A DNA stretch of 64,000 bases. Origin: Escherichia coli (GTDB taxonomy: Bacteria > Pseudomonadota > Gammaproteobacteria > Enterobacterales > Enterobacteriaceae). Within the stretch, counting starts at the first letter, position 1, and every line of letters starts with the position of its first letter. A model generated the notes under the pieces. That model did not search any database. It had not been told where the DNA came from and saw only the letters and a list, made by a program, of their open reading frames with translations. This document shows positions 52,355 to 63,932 of the stretch, piece after piece. The translations under genes were made by a program, and so were the position numbers. The stretch lies in NCBI RefSeq assembly GCF_003334305.1, contig NZ_QOWS01000022.1. One strand, given 5' to 3'.

Positions 52355-53245
52355 ATGGCAATGGTCCAACCGAAATCGCAAAAAGCACGTTTGTTTATTA
52401 CTCACCTGCTACTGCTACTTTTTATCGCGGCGATTATGTTCCCGCTGCTGATGGTCGTCGCCATCTCACTGCGCCAGGGGAACTTTGCGACCGGTAGCCT
52501 GATCCCGGAGCAAATCTCCTGGGATCACTGGAAACTGGCATTAGGTTTTAGCGTGGAACAGGCTGATGGTCGCATTACGCCACCGCCATTCCCGGTACTG
52601 CTGTGGCTGTGGAACTCGGTAAAGGTCGCCGGGATTTCCGCGATTGGCATTGTGGCGCTCTCCACCACCTGCGCCTACGCTTTCGCCCGTATGCGCTTTC
52701 CAGGCAAAGCGACGCTGCTGAAAGGAATGCTGATTTTCCAGATGTTCCCGGCAGTACTTTCACTGGTCGCGTTGTATGCGTTGTTTGATCGTCTGGGTGA
52801 GTACATTCCATTCATTGGCCTGAATACTCACGGCGGCGTAATTTTCGCGTATCTGGGTGGGATTGCGCTGCACGTCTGGACCATCAAAGGCTATTTCGAA
52901 ACCATCGACAGTTCGCTGGAAGAAGCGGCGGCGCTGGATGGTGCGACACCGTGGCAGGCCTTCCGCCTTGTCCTGTTGCCGCTGTCAGTACCGATTCTGG
53001 CGGTGGTGTTCATCCTGTCGTTTATCGCTGCCATTACTGAAGTTCCGGTCGCGTCGCTGTTACTGCGTGACGTAAACAGCTACACCCTGGCCGTGGGGAT
53101 GCAGCAATACCTCAACCCGCAAAACTACCTGTGGGGTGACTTTGCCGCCGCTGCCGTGATGTCTGCATTACCGATCACCATCGTCTTCTTGCTGGCTCAA
53201 CGCTGGCTGGTCAACGGCCTGACGGCAGGTGGTGTGAAAGGTTAA
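52355..53245 (+). CDS. malG: Maltose ABC transporter permease MalG
   Basis: 296-aa polytopic ORF recognised as MalG. Confidence 0.96.
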
Positions 53246-53315
53246 AGATGTTGTTCTGCCAATGTTATGCCGCTGCACCCTCAACTTACGTTATCCCAAC
53301 TTGTGACTGTTATTC

Positions 53316-53342
53316 GGCGCTCCACGGAGCGCCTTTTTTTCT
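53316..53342 (+). terminator. Intrinsic terminator after malG
   Basis: Hairpin ggcgctcc-acg-ggagcgcc followed by tttttttc. Confidence 0.85.
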
Positions 53343-53616
53343 TTCGTCTGCAATCTGAATCGTTCGCCGGTTAATATTTCCATCATAGAACTTATTATTT
53401 TTACGTTATTTGTTTTCCCACTTACGATAATTCTCTTTCGTGCTCTGAGTCACGGCAATAGTATTGTTTTCATCAATTTTTGATAATTATCACAATTAAG
53501 ATCACAGAAAAGACATTACGTAAACGCATTGTAAAAAATGATAATTGCCTTAACTGCCTGACAATTCCAACATCAATGCACTGATAAAAGATCAGAATGG
53601 TCTAAGGCAGGTCTGA

Positions 53617-55092
53617 ATGAATACCCAGTATAATTCCAGTTATATATTTTCGATTACCTTAGTCGCTACATTAGGTGGTTTATTATTTGGCTACGACACC
53701 GCCGTTATTTCCGGTACTGTTGAGTCACTCAATACCGTCTTTGTTGCTCCACAAAACTTAAGTGAATCCGCTGCCAACTCCCTGTTAGGGTTTTGCGTGG
53801 CCAGCGCTCTGATTGGTTGCATCATCGGCGGTGCCCTCGGTGGTTATTGCAGTAGCCGCTTCGGTCGTCGTGATTCACTTAAGATTGCTGCTGTCCTGTT
53901 TTTTATTTCTGGTGTAGGTTCTGCCTGGCCAGAACTTGGTTTTACCTCTATAAACCCGGACAACACAGTGCCTGTTTATCTGGCAGGTTATGTCCCGGAA
54001 TTTGTTATTTATCGCATTATTGGCGGTATTGGCGTTGGTTTAGCCTCAATGCTTTCACCAATGTATATTGCGGAACTTGCTCCTGCTCATATTCGCGGGA
54101 AACTGGTCTCTTTTAACCAGTTTGCGATTATTTTCGGGCAGCTTTTAGTTTACTGCGTAAACTATTTTATTGCCCGTTCCGGCGACGCCAGCTGGCTGAA
54201 TACTGACGGCTGGCGTTATATGTTTGCCTCGGAATGTATCCCTGCACTGCTGTTCTTAATGCTGCTGTATACCGTGCCAGAAAGTCCTCGCTGGCTGATG
54301 TCACGCGGCAAGCAAGAACAGGCGGAAGGTATCCTGCGCAAAATTATGGGCAACACCCTTGCAACTCAGGCAGTACAGGAAATTAAACACTCTCTGGATC
54401 ATGGCCGCAAAACCGGTGGTCGTCTGCTGATGTTTGGCGTAGGCGTGATTGTCATCGGCGTTATGCTCTCCATCCTCCAGCAATTTGTCGGCATCAATGT
54501 GGTGCTGTACTACGCGCCGGAAGTGTTCAAAACGCTGGGGGCCAGCACGGATATCGCGCTGTTGCAGACCATTATTGTCGGAGTTATCAACCTCACCTTC
54601 ACCGTTCTGGCAATTATGACGGTGGATAAATTTGGTCGTAAGCCACTGCAAATTATCGGCGCACTCGGAATGGCAATCGGTATGTTTAGCCTCGGTACCG
54701 CGTTTTACACTCAGGCACCGGGTATTGTGGCGCTTCTGTCGATGCTGTTCTATGTTGCCGCCTTTGCCATGTCCTGGGGTCCGGTATGCTGGGTACTGCT
54801 GTCGGAAATCTTCCCGAATGCTATTCGTGGTAAAGCGCTGGCAATCGCGGTGGCGGCCCAGTGGCTGGCGAACTACTTCGTCTCCTGGACCTTCCCGATG
54901 ATGGACAAAAACTCCTGGCTGGTGGCCCATTTCCACAACGGTTTCTCCTACTGGATTTACGGGTGTATGGGCGTTCTGGCAGCACTATTTATGTGGAAAT
55001 TTGTCCCGGAAACCAAAGGTAAAACCCTTGAGGAGCTGGAAGCCCTCTGGGAACCGGAAACGAAGAAAACACAACAAACTGCTACGCTGTAA
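53617..55092 (+). CDS. xylE: D-xylose:proton symporter (MFS sugar porter)
   Basis: 491-aa 12-TM ORF recognised as XylE, with sugar-porter motifs (GRR, PESPRWL). Confidence 0.96.
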   Translation: MNTQYNSSYIFSITLVATLGGLLFGYDTAVISGTVESLNTVFVAPQNLSESAANSLLGFCVASALIGCIIGGALGGYCSSRFGRRDSLKIAAVLFFISGVGSAWPELGFTSINPDNTVPVYLAGYVPEFVIYRIIGGIGVGLASMLSPMYIAELAPAHIRGKLVSFNQFAIIFGQLLVYCVNYFIARSGDASWLNTDGWRYMFASECIPALLFLMLLYTVPESPRWLMSRGKQEQAEGILRKIMGNTLATQAVQEIKHSLDHGRKTGGRLLMFGVGVIVIGVMLSILQQFVGINVVLYYAPEVFKTLGASTDIALLQTIIVGVINLTFTVLAIMTVDKFGRKPLQIIGALGMAIGMFSLGTAFYTQAPGIVALLSMLFYVAAFAMSWGPVCWVLLSEIFPNAIRGKALAIAVAAQWLANYFVSWTFPMMDKNSWLVAHFHNGFSYWIYGCMGVLAALFMWKFVPETKGKTLEELEALWEPETKKTQQTATL

Positions 55093-55102
55093 TCTTCCTG
55101 TC

Positions 55103-55138
55103 CAGCACGCCGCGCCAGTTCGGCGTGCTGTCTTTTTA
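55103..55138 (+). terminator. Intrinsic terminator after xylE, overlapping the psiE stop
   Basis: Stem cagcacgccg / cggcgtgctg followed by tcttttta; the psiE stop codon (55136-55138) falls inside the T-tract. Confidence 0.8.
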
Positions 55139-55546
55139 CTCCCGCTTCAGCCGTTTCGAATTACACAGCCACAGGGTGATCACCAGTAACAGGATCGCAG
55201 CCGAGTAGATCAACACATCCAGTGGCGATTTATGATCGACGATGATCAAGCGCACAATGGCGGTGATCCCAATATAGACAAAGTAACGTAGCGGGAAGTG
55301 AAAACCGGACTGAAAGTACTTCACAATCAGCGCGATAAATTCGAAATAGAGAAAGTAAACCACCAGTCCTTCTACCAGCTCATATTTGCTGGTTTGTTCT
55401 GGCGCGAATAGCACATCAGCCAGATGCACCGTTTCTTTGCCGAGGAAGACAACCAAAATCAGGCCGAGGCACAACAGGCCAAGATTGAGTACGGTCTGCA
55501 AAATGGTGGAGATAAACTCCACGCGCGGACGAGAGAGTGACGTCAT
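55136..55546 (-). CDS. psiE: Phosphate-starvation-inducible protein PsiE
   Basis: 136 aa from [11 protein letters not shown] (cat at 55544-55546), membrane protein; ORF track extends upstream. Confidence 0.93.
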
Positions 55547-55760
55547 AGCAGTACCTCCTTCACAGTGGCGAGCTTCCTGTATAACGCAAAAATGTGACGG
55601 AGATCTATATTTTTTGTGTATGTTTTGTTCAGCTTGATTAAGTGGGCATCTCCCATCAACGTCGCATCTGGCAAAACACACAGCCCCAAAAAATCACCCA
55701 TTCAGGTGATTCCCAGCCACCAGCAATGCGCGAAAAATCGACAATGTTCCTCTGGAACAA

Positions 55761-56039
55761 ATGAAACGTAACCTGATAAAGGTGGTAAAAATGAAGCCTT
55801 ATTTTGCTGCTTTGATGTTATCAGTCTCTGTTCTTCCTGCTTATGCTGGTCCGCTCGGTACTGCTGATAAAGCCGACCTACCGCAAAGCAATGTCTCCAG
55901 CCCAATGATGGCCCAGTCGCTCAGGCAACCAGACCTGCAACCGATATCGACGGACAGGAAGACAGAATGTTTTCGCCTTTACACACCAGATCGTAAACCG
56001 GGGGTGAACTGCGTTCCTGATGGCTCAACAGGTCATTAA
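55761..56039 (+). CDS. Small secreted hypothetical protein (possibly yjbT)
   Basis: 92-aa ORF; an internal ATG at 55791 with RBS aggtgg gives an 82-aa protein with a signal peptide (MKPYFAALMLSVSVLPAYA). Confidence 0.5.
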   Translation: MKRNLIKVVKMKPYFAALMLSVSVLPAYAGPLGTADKADLPQSNVSSPMMAQSLRQPDLQPISTDRKTECFRLYTPDRKPGVNCVPDGSTGH

Positions 56040-56085
56040 GAATGAGGGTGCCAGTGAGTGCGAAAACTGGCACCTTTCCCATGAC

Positions 56086-58182
56086 TTAGCGGAAATTTAC
56101 GCTACGGTCGCTGGTCATATCATACAACTGGAACTTACGCCCAAGTTGCTGACCACCGTCACGCGTCAGCGGCGTCCAGCCAATCGCCGCACGGCTGCGT
56201 GTCGGGCCAGACGAGAAGAGATCCAACGGTACCGAGACATACACGCCTTTGGTGAAGTCCCCTTCGCCGTACTCCTCTTTCGAAACGTTGGTGATCGTGG
56301 CATAGCCGCCAACCACCACGCCGCTATCAAAGCGTTTGGCGATCTCCAGCGTGCCGCCTTTATCCCCTGCCAGATACTGCCCGACGCTGGCTTTCACCAA
56401 CACGTCCTGGGCGAAAGATGGCGTCCAGTAGGCGGTCAGATGTCCGGTTTTCACGCTGTAGTCGGTGAATTTCATCATATCTTTTGCACTACGCCAGTCG
56501 CGCTGTTTAACGTAGTTGGCATCCAGACCAAACGCCCAGTTACTGTCCAGCGGACGATACAACACTTCGGCCCCCGCACCGCCAAACATGGTTTCGAGAT
56601 AACCTCCATAGACCTGACCGTAGAAGCCGTTGCCCAGATGCTGGAAGTAGTTGGCTTGCAGGTTATTCACATAGACATCGTTCTGCACATACTCGCGCAC
56701 ATGGGTACGAACGCGCGGTAAGTGCGAGTCCTGCGGCGGATTGGTGTAGTTAAACTTGTCGTAGTTGTTGGCAAGATTTGCAAACAGGCTGCCGGTGGTC
56801 AGCAGATGGTCCGTCAGCCACAAATCTGCCGTTCCCATCACGCCCAGCTGATACATGTAAAAGTTTTCCGGGCCACCGACCGACTGGTTCAGCACCGGAT
56901 CGATGTGGAAATCAAAGCGTGATTTGTCGATATACCAGCCCTGCTCGGTGGACTGCGGAACCACTGGCTCGACGCGTTTTTGCGCCAGCTTCGTTTCGTG
57001 GCCCAACGGCTCTCCGGCGAGATGATTTTTCAGGCTGGCGACATCGGTTTCCGTCGTCACCTGCGGCATGTTAAGACGATTTTCCGTAATGCGGATCGTT
57101 TTGATCCCATCCGGCAGATCGTTCATCACGATCCGATTAGCACGGATGATCCCTTCGCGCGAATCACGATATTTCACCTGCTCGCCGGTGACATACAGCG
57201 TATCGCCTTTCGCCTGGATCTGCGGATCGGCAAGTCCGGCATTGTATTTCAACAGCGTTAACTGATTCGCCACCACCGAATGCTGCAAAATGGCATCCTG
57301 CGGCTGCGGTTGATATTGCGGGCGGGCGTTATCGTTGTAAGACGGGCGCAGATCGTTAAAGTTGGTGCGCAGCGTGACGCCAAACATAAAGGTGTTGCCA
57401 CGTTCATAGCTAAGGTTAACGTCGGCCCAATCGGTAACGCGATAAATCGCACCGACGTTAAACTTACTTTTTTGCTCCAGCTTCCCGGCAAAATCCTGCT
57501 GATAATTATTGCCTTCATACTCCAGTTTCAGGCGCAGCGGTTGCCAGGGCGTCTGGTATTCCACGCCGCCAAACAGTGAGGCAGGACCGTGGAACATCTG
57601 GCTACCGTCGATAGATCCCGCCTGTTTGTAGCTGTTATCGCGATAGCAATATTTATCACTGGCTGAACAGAGCGGATTTTTTACATTACCGCTGGTGCCC
57701 AGATATCCCCAGCCCAGGCCGAGCGTAAAATCGAACGGCCCCCAGGCTTTGCTGGCAACAAGATATTCCGCATCAAACAGCCCCGTACCGCCGATATCCC
57801 GCGCACCAACCGCCACTTGCGGCAGCCAGTAACTCTCTTCCCACAAACGCAGTTTGAGATCGAAGGCTTTATCTTTATACGTTTGATCGCCAGAGAACGC
57901 TTCGACGCTGCTGTACTGCCGGGTGCGCACGTCGGTGTAGCGCAGCGTTGTTTCCAGCCACGGGAAGAGTTGCACTGAAGCTGAGTAATAACGGTACTGA
58001 TCGTTATCGCGATAGTTCAGACTCAACTCCCCTTCCCGTGCCATACGCGCGGTGGGAGTTTGTAATAATCCTACGCCACCGAAATCCGACTGCGACGGAC
58101 CAATGGGCGCAGGATATGTTTCGCCGTAGCAAGCTGTGCTAATGCCCAGCGCCAGTAAGCTAAGCAGATGTCTTTTTTTCAT
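56086..58182 (-). CDS. yjbH: YjbH, GfcD-like outer-membrane protein of the yjbEFGH exopolysaccharide locus
   Basis: 698-aa ORF with signal peptide ending in a lipobox-like LGISTAC; start overlaps the yjbG stop. Confidence 0.92.
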   Translation of the reverse strand: MKKRHLLSLLALGISTACYGETYPAPIGPSQSDFGGVGLLQTPTARMAREGELSLNYRDNDQYRYYSASVQLFPWLETTLRYTDVRTRQYSSVEAFSGDQTYKDKAFDLKLRLWEESYWLPQVAVGARDIGGTGLFDAEYLVASKAWGPFDFTLGLGWGYLGTSGNVKNPLCSASDKYCYRDNSYKQAGSIDGSQMFHGPASLFGGVEYQTPWQPLRLKLEYEGNNYQQDFAGKLEQKSKFNVGAIYRVTDWADVNLSYERGNTFMFGVTLRTNFNDLRPSYNDNARPQYQPQPQDAILQHSVVANQLTLLKYNAGLADPQIQAKGDTLYVTGEQVKYRDSREGIIRANRIVMNDLPDGIKTIRITENRLNMPQVTTETDVASLKNHLAGEPLGHETKLAQKRVEPVVPQSTEQGWYIDKSRFDFHIDPVLNQSVGGPENFYMYQLGVMGTADLWLTDHLLTTGSLFANLANNYDKFNYTNPPQDSHLPRVRTHVREYVQNDVYVNNLQANYFQHLGNGFYGQVYGGYLETMFGGAGAEVLYRPLDSNWAFGLDANYVKQRDWRSAKDMMKFTDYSVKTGHLTAYWTPSFAQDVLVKASVGQYLAGDKGGTLEIAKRFDSGVVVGGYATITNVSKEEYGEGDFTKGVYVSVPLDLFSSGPTRSRAAIGWTPLTRDGGQQLGRKFQLYDMTSDRSVNFR

Positions 58183-58919
58183 TATTGAGGTATCCGCTGC
58201 GTCAGAGTCTGAAGAATGTCGGCGTTAAGGGCATCAGGCGTCTCACTCCAGACGGAGTCCGCGAGGCCAACATAAATAATGCTGCCGGGCATCGGCTCTA
58301 CGTGACGCTTGTTCCAGTAAGCCACCGGCGCTTTTTGCGTGCGTCCGTCCGGGTAAACCACCCACGCGTAGCTGCGATCCGCACCGCTAAGCAGGTTCTG
58401 CCCGGAGAGATAGCTCGCCACGTCGCGACCTGGAGTGAATGGCTGATTGCCAGGACGGCTGATAAGCCCGAACAGCGTGACCGTGGACGGTGGTGGCCCG
58501 ACCCACAGCGTGTAGTTGCCCTGCAACGGTGGGTTACCGCGTTCGGCAACGCGCACAATATCAGGATCAAGATTGATTTTTTGCCTGCCCGTCACTTTCA
58601 ACGCCTGAATTTGCTGGCGTAAGGCGTTAATGGCGGCGGCATCGTCGGCGCTGGAATCTGCAGCCTGTTCAGCCAGCCGTGTCAGCAACGCCTGCTGCTG
58701 ACGCAATGCTGCCGCCGTTGCCAGCTCTTCGCTAATCACCGCACCGGGCCACCAGCTGTTTGCCAGCCGCGGTTGGCCTACCAGATCGATTAAATGCTCT
58801 GCACCCGTCAGCGTTTTGGCCTCACTGCTGCCATTGCTGAACACCTTGACGGTTCCTGCCGCGAAGACCGATGACGCTCCCACACTCAAAAGCAACGCGA
58901 CAATAGTTTGTTTAATCAT
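58182..58919 (-). CDS. yjbG: YjbG, GfcC-like periplasmic protein
   Basis: 245-aa ORF with signal peptide; 4-nt overlap with yjbF. Confidence 0.92.
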   Translation of the reverse strand: MIKQTIVALLLSVGASSVFAAGTVKVFSNGSSEAKTLTGAEHLIDLVGQPRLANSWWPGAVISEELATAAALRQQQALLTRLAEQAADSSADDAAAINALRQQIQALKVTGRQKINLDPDIVRVAERGNPPLQGNYTLWVGPPPSTVTLFGLISRPGNQPFTPGRDVASYLSGQNLLSGADRSYAWVVYPDGRTQKAPVAYWNKRHVEPMPGSIIYVGLADSVWSETPDALNADILQTLTQRIPQ

Positions 58920-59554
58920 TGTTTTGCCGCCTTGATGAGAGTGGTTTTCACCGGGAAATAATCCGCGCCGAGATACTGTTCCGACTGGCGAATTTGCCCT
59001 TCGCTGTCGATCCAGTAGCGGTTATGCCAGCGCGCCTGGTCGGTGGAGACTTCTTCGTCCAGCACGCGAACCAGGGTTTCATCGCTGCCGACCTTGACGG
59101 TATCGGTGCCATCCCATTTGAAGACTGAGCGTGCGGTGGCGTAGCGTACCTGCTGGTACTCGGTCCAGCCCATCGTGCGCGTCCATGTTGCACCATCAAC
59201 AATTTGTGCGGGTTTAATCAGTGGGTCGGCGGCAAGGTTATTCACTTCAATCAGGTTGTCGCCGCCAAGCAAAGTCTTCACCAGACGACCATGTTGTATG
59301 ACAAGAGTGGCTTGATCCTGAGTGACCCATTTTTGTTGTCCGTCTTCAGCGAAGGCCAGCACCACAAACAATTGCGGCCCGCCATTAAGCTGCATGTACT
59401 GGCTGGCGTAGGGCATATTTTGAATATCATCGTCCGTCAGCTGTACGCCTGGCGTGCCGAACAGACTGTCCCACAGTGAATTGCCCAGCTCTTTAGTCGT
59501 GGCTGAACAGGCCTGTAATAGCAGGCAGATAAGAATGAGTGCAGGTCGCTTCAC
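58916..59554 (-). CDS. yjbF: YjbF, GfcB-like lipoprotein
   Basis: Lipobox LLLQAC; GTG at 59552-59554 with upstream ggag RBS gives 212 aa; ORF track starts at GTG 59584. Confidence 0.9.
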   Translation of the reverse strand: MKRPALILICLLLQACSATTKELGNSLWDSLFGTPGVQLTDDDIQNMPYASQYMQLNGGPQLFVVLAFAEDGQQKWVTQDQATLVIQHGRLVKTLLGGDNLIEVNNLAADPLIKPAQIVDGATWTRTMGWTEYQQVRYATARSVFKWDGTDTVKVGSDETLVRVLDEEVSTDQARWHNRYWIDSEGQIRQSEQYLGADYFPVKTTLIKAAKQ

Positions 59555-59667
59555 GACTCTTCTCCAGAGGGGCAGAATAACCACACCGGAGTGTGGTTAT
59601 GGTAAATCCCTTCATACTTCAAGCCACAGATGCAATGACTCAAATTATTTTGGGGATACATACTTTA

Positions 59668-59910
59668 TTACTGGGTACTGGTGGTCGTGGTTGTGGTGGT
59701 CCCGGTATTAGAACCATCACCGCCACCGGTTGCCGCGAGCGCGACACCCACCGCCGAGCTTACGGTGCTGACGCTGGTCGCGGAGGAACTCCCCGCCGAA
59801 ACCGACGTTGCTGCCGACCCTGCCGCTTCGCCCACCTGTACAGGTGCAGCCCACGCAGAAGTCGCCGCAAGCGCAGATATGGCAAAAATGCCATACAGAA
59901 CTTTTTTCAT
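59668..59910 (-). CDS. yjbE: YjbE, GfcA-like Ala/Ser/Thr-rich secreted protein
   Basis: 80-aa ORF with signal peptide, low-complexity Ser/Ala/Gly region and a TTTTTTT run near the C-terminus. Confidence 0.9.
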
Positions 59911-60264
59911 AACAATTTCCCTTCATTGAATGAATGGAGATTTACCCAAAAACATTTCGGGCGGGATCGAGTATACACAACTAAAGCATGCGAATTACGG
60001 CGCGGGGAATTAGAGATGGGGTTTTAGGATAATTGGAATGAATATCAAATATAAGCTACAACTTATATATAAATAACATTAAAAATCATAATGTTAAAAT
60101 AAAAGTAAAAGTAATTAATCTGAGTATTTTCCGAAATCAATCACGATTAAAAATCTATTTTAGGATTAACCTCACGGTATGATTTCCGTTAAATCACAGA
60201 CAAGGGGATTTATCTGATAAAACAATGCCGACATAACGTCGGCATTGTTATTAAGGTTTTTAAA

Positions 60265-61914
60265 TTAACCGCGCCACGCTTTATAGCGGTTAATCAGACC
60301 ATTGGTCGAGCTATCGTGGCTGCTGATTTCTTTATCATCTTTCAGCTCTGGCAGAATACGGTTTGCCAGTTGTTTACCCAGCTCCACGCCCCACTGGTCG
60401 AAGGTGAAGATGTTCAGGATCACGCCCTGAGTAAAGATTTTGTGCTCATACAGCGCAATCAACGCACCCAGGCTGAACGGAGTGATTTCACGCAGCAAGA
60501 TGGAGTTGGTCGGGCGGTTACCTTCGAACACTTTGAACGGCACCACGTAGTCAAGCGTTGCCGGATCTTTACCCTGATCACGATATTCCTGCTCAACCAC
60601 TTCGCGGGATTTACCAAACGCCAGCGCTTCGGTCTGGGCGAAGAAGTTAGACAGCAGTTTCTGGTGATGATCAGAGAGCGGGTTATGGGTGATAGCCGGA
60701 GCGATGAAATCGCACGGTACCATTTTGGTTCCCTGGTGGATCAGCTGGTAGAACGCGTGCTGACCGTTAGTGCCTGGTTCACCCCAGATAATCGGGCCAG
60801 TCTGGTAATCCACAACGTTACCGTTACGGTCAACATACTTACCGTTGGACTCCATATTGCCCTGCTGGAAGTACGCCGCGAAACGGTGCATATACTGGTC
60901 ATACGGCAGAATCGCCTCAGTTTCCGCACCAAAGAAATTGTTGTACCAGATGCCAATCAGCGCCAGCAGTACAGGCAGGTTTTTCTCGGCAGGCGTGGTG
61001 GAGAAATGCTTGTCCATCGCGTGTGCGCCAGAAAGCAGTTCAACGAAGTTATCAAAGCCGATGGAGAGAACAATCGACAGGCCAATCGCTGACCACAAAG
61101 AGTAACGGCCGCCGACCCAGTCCCAGAACTCGAACATGTTGGCAGTATCAATACCAAACTCGCCAACGGCTTTGGCATTGGTTGAGAGCGCCGCAAAGTG
61201 TTTCGCAACGTGTTTTTCATCACCTGCCGCTTTCAGGAACCAGTCACGCGCGCTATGGGCGTTGGTCATGGTTTCCTGAGTGGTGAAGGTTTTAGATGCT
61301 ACCAGGAACAGCGTGGTTTCCGGGTTTACTTTTTTCAGCACTTCCGCGATGTGAGTCCCATCGACGTTAGAAACAAAGTGCATGTTCAGGTGATTTTTGT
61401 ACGGACGCAGTGCTTCGGTCACCATGTACGGGCCGAGGTCAGAACCGCCGATCCCGATGTTCACTACGTCAGTGATTGCTTTGCCGGTATAACCCTTCCA
61501 CTCACCGGAGATAATCGCTTCCGAGAAGGTTTTCATCTTCTCCAGCACCGCGTTGACTTCCGGCATTACGTCTTTGCCATCAACCAAAATCGGGGTATTG
61601 CTACGGTTACGCAGCGCTACGTGCAGCACAGCGCGGTTTTCAGTGCGGTTGATCTTCTCGCCAGAGAACATCGACTTAATCGCGCCCGCCAGATCGCACT
61701 CTTTCGCCAGATCTTGTAATTTCGCCAGCGTCTCTTCAGTGATGCGGTTTTTGGAGTAATCCACCAGCATCTGATCGCCGAAGGTTGCGGAGAACTTAGA
61801 AAAACGATCGCCGTCTTTAGCAAAAAGATCGGCGATCGTAACGTCTTTCATTTCATCGAAGTGTTTCTGTAGTGCCTGCCAGGCAGCGGTCTGCGTTGGA
61901 TTGATGTTTTTCAT
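60265..61914 (-). CDS. pgi: Glucose-6-phosphate isomerase
   Basis: 549 aa from [15 protein letters not shown] (cat at 61912-61914); ORF track starts 2 codons earlier. Confidence 0.98.
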   Translation of the reverse strand: MKNINPTQTAAWQALQKHFDEMKDVTIADLFAKDGDRFSKFSATFGDQMLVDYSKNRITEETLAKLQDLAKECDLAGAIKSMFSGEKINRTENRAVLHVALRNRSNTPILVDGKDVMPEVNAVLEKMKTFSEAIISGEWKGYTGKAITDVVNIGIGGSDLGPYMVTEALRPYKNHLNMHFVSNVDGTHIAEVLKKVNPETTLFLVASKTFTTQETMTNAHSARDWFLKAAGDEKHVAKHFAALSTNAKAVGEFGIDTANMFEFWDWVGGRYSLWSAIGLSIVLSIGFDNFVELLSGAHAMDKHFSTTPAEKNLPVLLALIGIWYNNFFGAETEAILPYDQYMHRFAAYFQQGNMESNGKYVDRNGNVVDYQTGPIIWGEPGTNGQHAFYQLIHQGTKMVPCDFIAPAITHNPLSDHHQKLLSNFFAQTEALAFGKSREVVEQEYRDQGKDPATLDYVVPFKVFEGNRPTNSILLREITPFSLGALIALYEHKIFTQGVILNIFTFDQWGVELGKQLANRILPELKDDKEISSHDSSTNGLINRYKAWRG

Positions 61915-62149
61915 TAGCAATACTCTTCTGATTTTGAGAATTGTGACTTTGGAAGATTGTAGCGCCAGTCACAGAAAAATGTGATGGTTTTAGTGCCGTT
62001 AGCGTAATGTTGAGTGTAAACCCTTAGCGCAGTGAAGCATTTATTAGCTGAACTACTGACCGCCAGGAGTGGATGAAAAATCCGCATGACCCCGTCGTTG
62101 ACAACCGCCCCGCTCACCCTTTATTTATAAATGTACTACCTGCGCTAGC

Positions 62150-62420
62150 GCAGGCCAGAAGAGGCGCGTTGCCCAAGTAACGGTGTTGGAGGAGCCAGTC
62201 CTGTGATAACACCTGAGGGGGTGCATCGCCGAGGTGATTGAACGGCTGGCCACGTTCATCATCGGCTACAGGGGCTGAATCCCCTGGGTTGTCACCAGAA
62301 GCGTTCGCAGTCGGGCGTTTCGCAAGTGGTGGAGCACTTCTGGGTGAAAATAGTAGCGAAGTATCGCTCTGCGCCCACCCGTCTTCCGCTCTTCCCTTGT
62401 GCCAAGGCTGAAAATGGATC
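62150..62420 (+). ncRNA. Lysine riboswitch (L-box) in the lysC leader
   Basis: Long structured 5-prime leader upstream of lysC with lysine-element-like stretches (agaggcgcg..., gggggtgcatcgccgagg...) running up to the RBS aggtag; ends approximate. Confidence 0.7.
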
Positions 62421-62438
62421 CCCTGACACGAGGTAGTT

Positions 62439-63788
62439 ATGTCTGAAATTGTTGTCTCCAAATTTGGCGGTACCAGCGTAGCTGATTTTGACGCCATGAA
62501 CCGCAGCGCTGATATTGTGCTTTCTGATGCCAACGTGCGTTTAGTAGTCCTCTCGGCTTCTGCTGGTATCACTAATCTGCTGGTCGCTTTAGCGGAAGGG
62601 CTGGAACCTGGCGAGCGATTCGAAAAACTCGACGCTATTCGCAACATCCAGTTTGCCATTCTGGAACGTCTGCGTTACCCGAACGTTATCCGTGAAGAGA
62701 TTGAACGTCTGCTGGAGAACATTACTGTTCTGGCAGAAGCGGCGGCGCTGGCAACGTCTCCGGCGCTGACAGATGAGCTGGTCAGCCACGGCGAGCTGAT
62801 GTCGACCCTGCTGTTTGTCGAAATCCTGCGCGAACGCGATGTTCAGGCACAGTGGTTTGATGTACGTAAAGTGATGCGTACCAACGACCGATTTGGTCGT
62901 GCAGAGCCAGATGTAGCCGCGCTGGCGGAACTGGCCGCGCTGCAGCTGCTCCCACGCCTCAATGACGGCTTAGTGATCACCCAGGGATTTATCGGTAGCG
63001 AAAATAAAGGTCGTACAACGACGCTTGGCCGTGGAGGCAGCGATTATACGGCAGCCTTGCTGGCGGAGGCTTTACACGCATCTCGTGTTGATATCTGGAC
63101 CGACGTCCCGGGCATCTACACCACCGATCCACGCGTGGTTTCCGCAGCAAAACGCATTGATGAAATCGCGTTTGCCGAAGCGGCAGAGATGGCAACTTTT
63201 GGTGCAAAAGTACTGCATCCGGCAACGTTGCTACCCGCAGTACGCAGCGATATCCCGGTCTTTGTCGGCTCCAGCAAAGACCCACGCGCAGGTGGTACGC
63301 TGGTGTGCAATAAAACTGAAAATCCGCCGCTGTTCCGCGCGCTGGCGCTTCGTCGCAATCAGACTCTGCTCACTTTGCACAGCCTGAATATGCTGCATTC
63401 TCGCGGCTTCCTCGCGGAAGTTTTCGGCATCCTCGCGCGGCATAATATTTCGGTAGACTTAATCACCACGTCAGAAGTGAGCGTGGCATTAACCCTTGAT
63501 ACCACCGGTTCAACCTCCACTGGCGATACGTTGCTGACGCAATCTCTGCTGATGGAGCTTTCCGCACTGTGCCGGGTGGAAGTAGAAGAAGGTCTGGCGC
63601 TGGTCGCGTTGATTGGCAATGACCTGTCAAAAGCCTGCGGCGTTGGCAAAGAGGTATTCGGCGTACTGGAACCGTTCAACATTCGCATGATTTGTTACGG
63701 CGCATCCAGCCATAACCTGTGCTTCCTGGTGCCCGGCGAAGATGCCGAGCAGGTGGTGCAGAAGCTGCATTTTAATTTGTTTGAGTAA
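62439..63788 (+). CDS. lysC: Lysine-sensitive aspartokinase III
   Basis: 449-aa ORF with kinase domain and C-terminal ACT domains; ATG at 62439. Confidence 0.98.
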   Translation: MSEIVVSKFGGTSVADFDAMNRSADIVLSDANVRLVVLSASAGITNLLVALAEGLEPGERFEKLDAIRNIQFAILERLRYPNVIREEIERLLENITVLAEAAALATSPALTDELVSHGELMSTLLFVEILRERDVQAQWFDVRKVMRTNDRFGRAEPDVAALAELAALQLLPRLNDGLVITQGFIGSENKGRTTTLGRGGSDYTAALLAEALHASRVDIWTDVPGIYTTDPRVVSAAKRIDEIAFAEAAEMATFGAKVLHPATLLPAVRSDIPVFVGSSKDPRAGGTLVCNKTENPPLFRALALRRNQTLLTLHSLNMLHSRGFLAEVFGILARHNISVDLITTSEVSVALTLDTTGSTSTGDTLLTQSLLMELSALCRVEVEEGLALVALIGNDLSKACGVGKEVFGVLEPFNIRMICYGASSHNLCFLVPGEDAEQVVQKLHFNLFE

Positions 63789-63932
63789 TATTTCCCTACT
63801 GGCGTATAACGCTCACCGATTGTTATACGCCATCCTCACTGAAAACATAGATTAAATAATATCTGAAAAGCAAAATCACTCCTGTAGAACAGTATTATAA
63901 TCACCGAAAAATATCATTTAACAGGAGTGTTA

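Noticed and set aside
59668-59910. Poly-threonine run in YjbE as a slipped-strand phase-variation tract
   Set aside because: The Thr codons are mixed (acc/aca/acg), not a homopolymeric or simple-sequence DNA repeat, so slippage is unlikely.
60217-60250. Hairpin aacaatgccgac...gtcggcattgtt downstream of pgi as an intrinsic terminator
   Set aside because: Good stem but no U-tract immediately following on the pgi (minus) strand.
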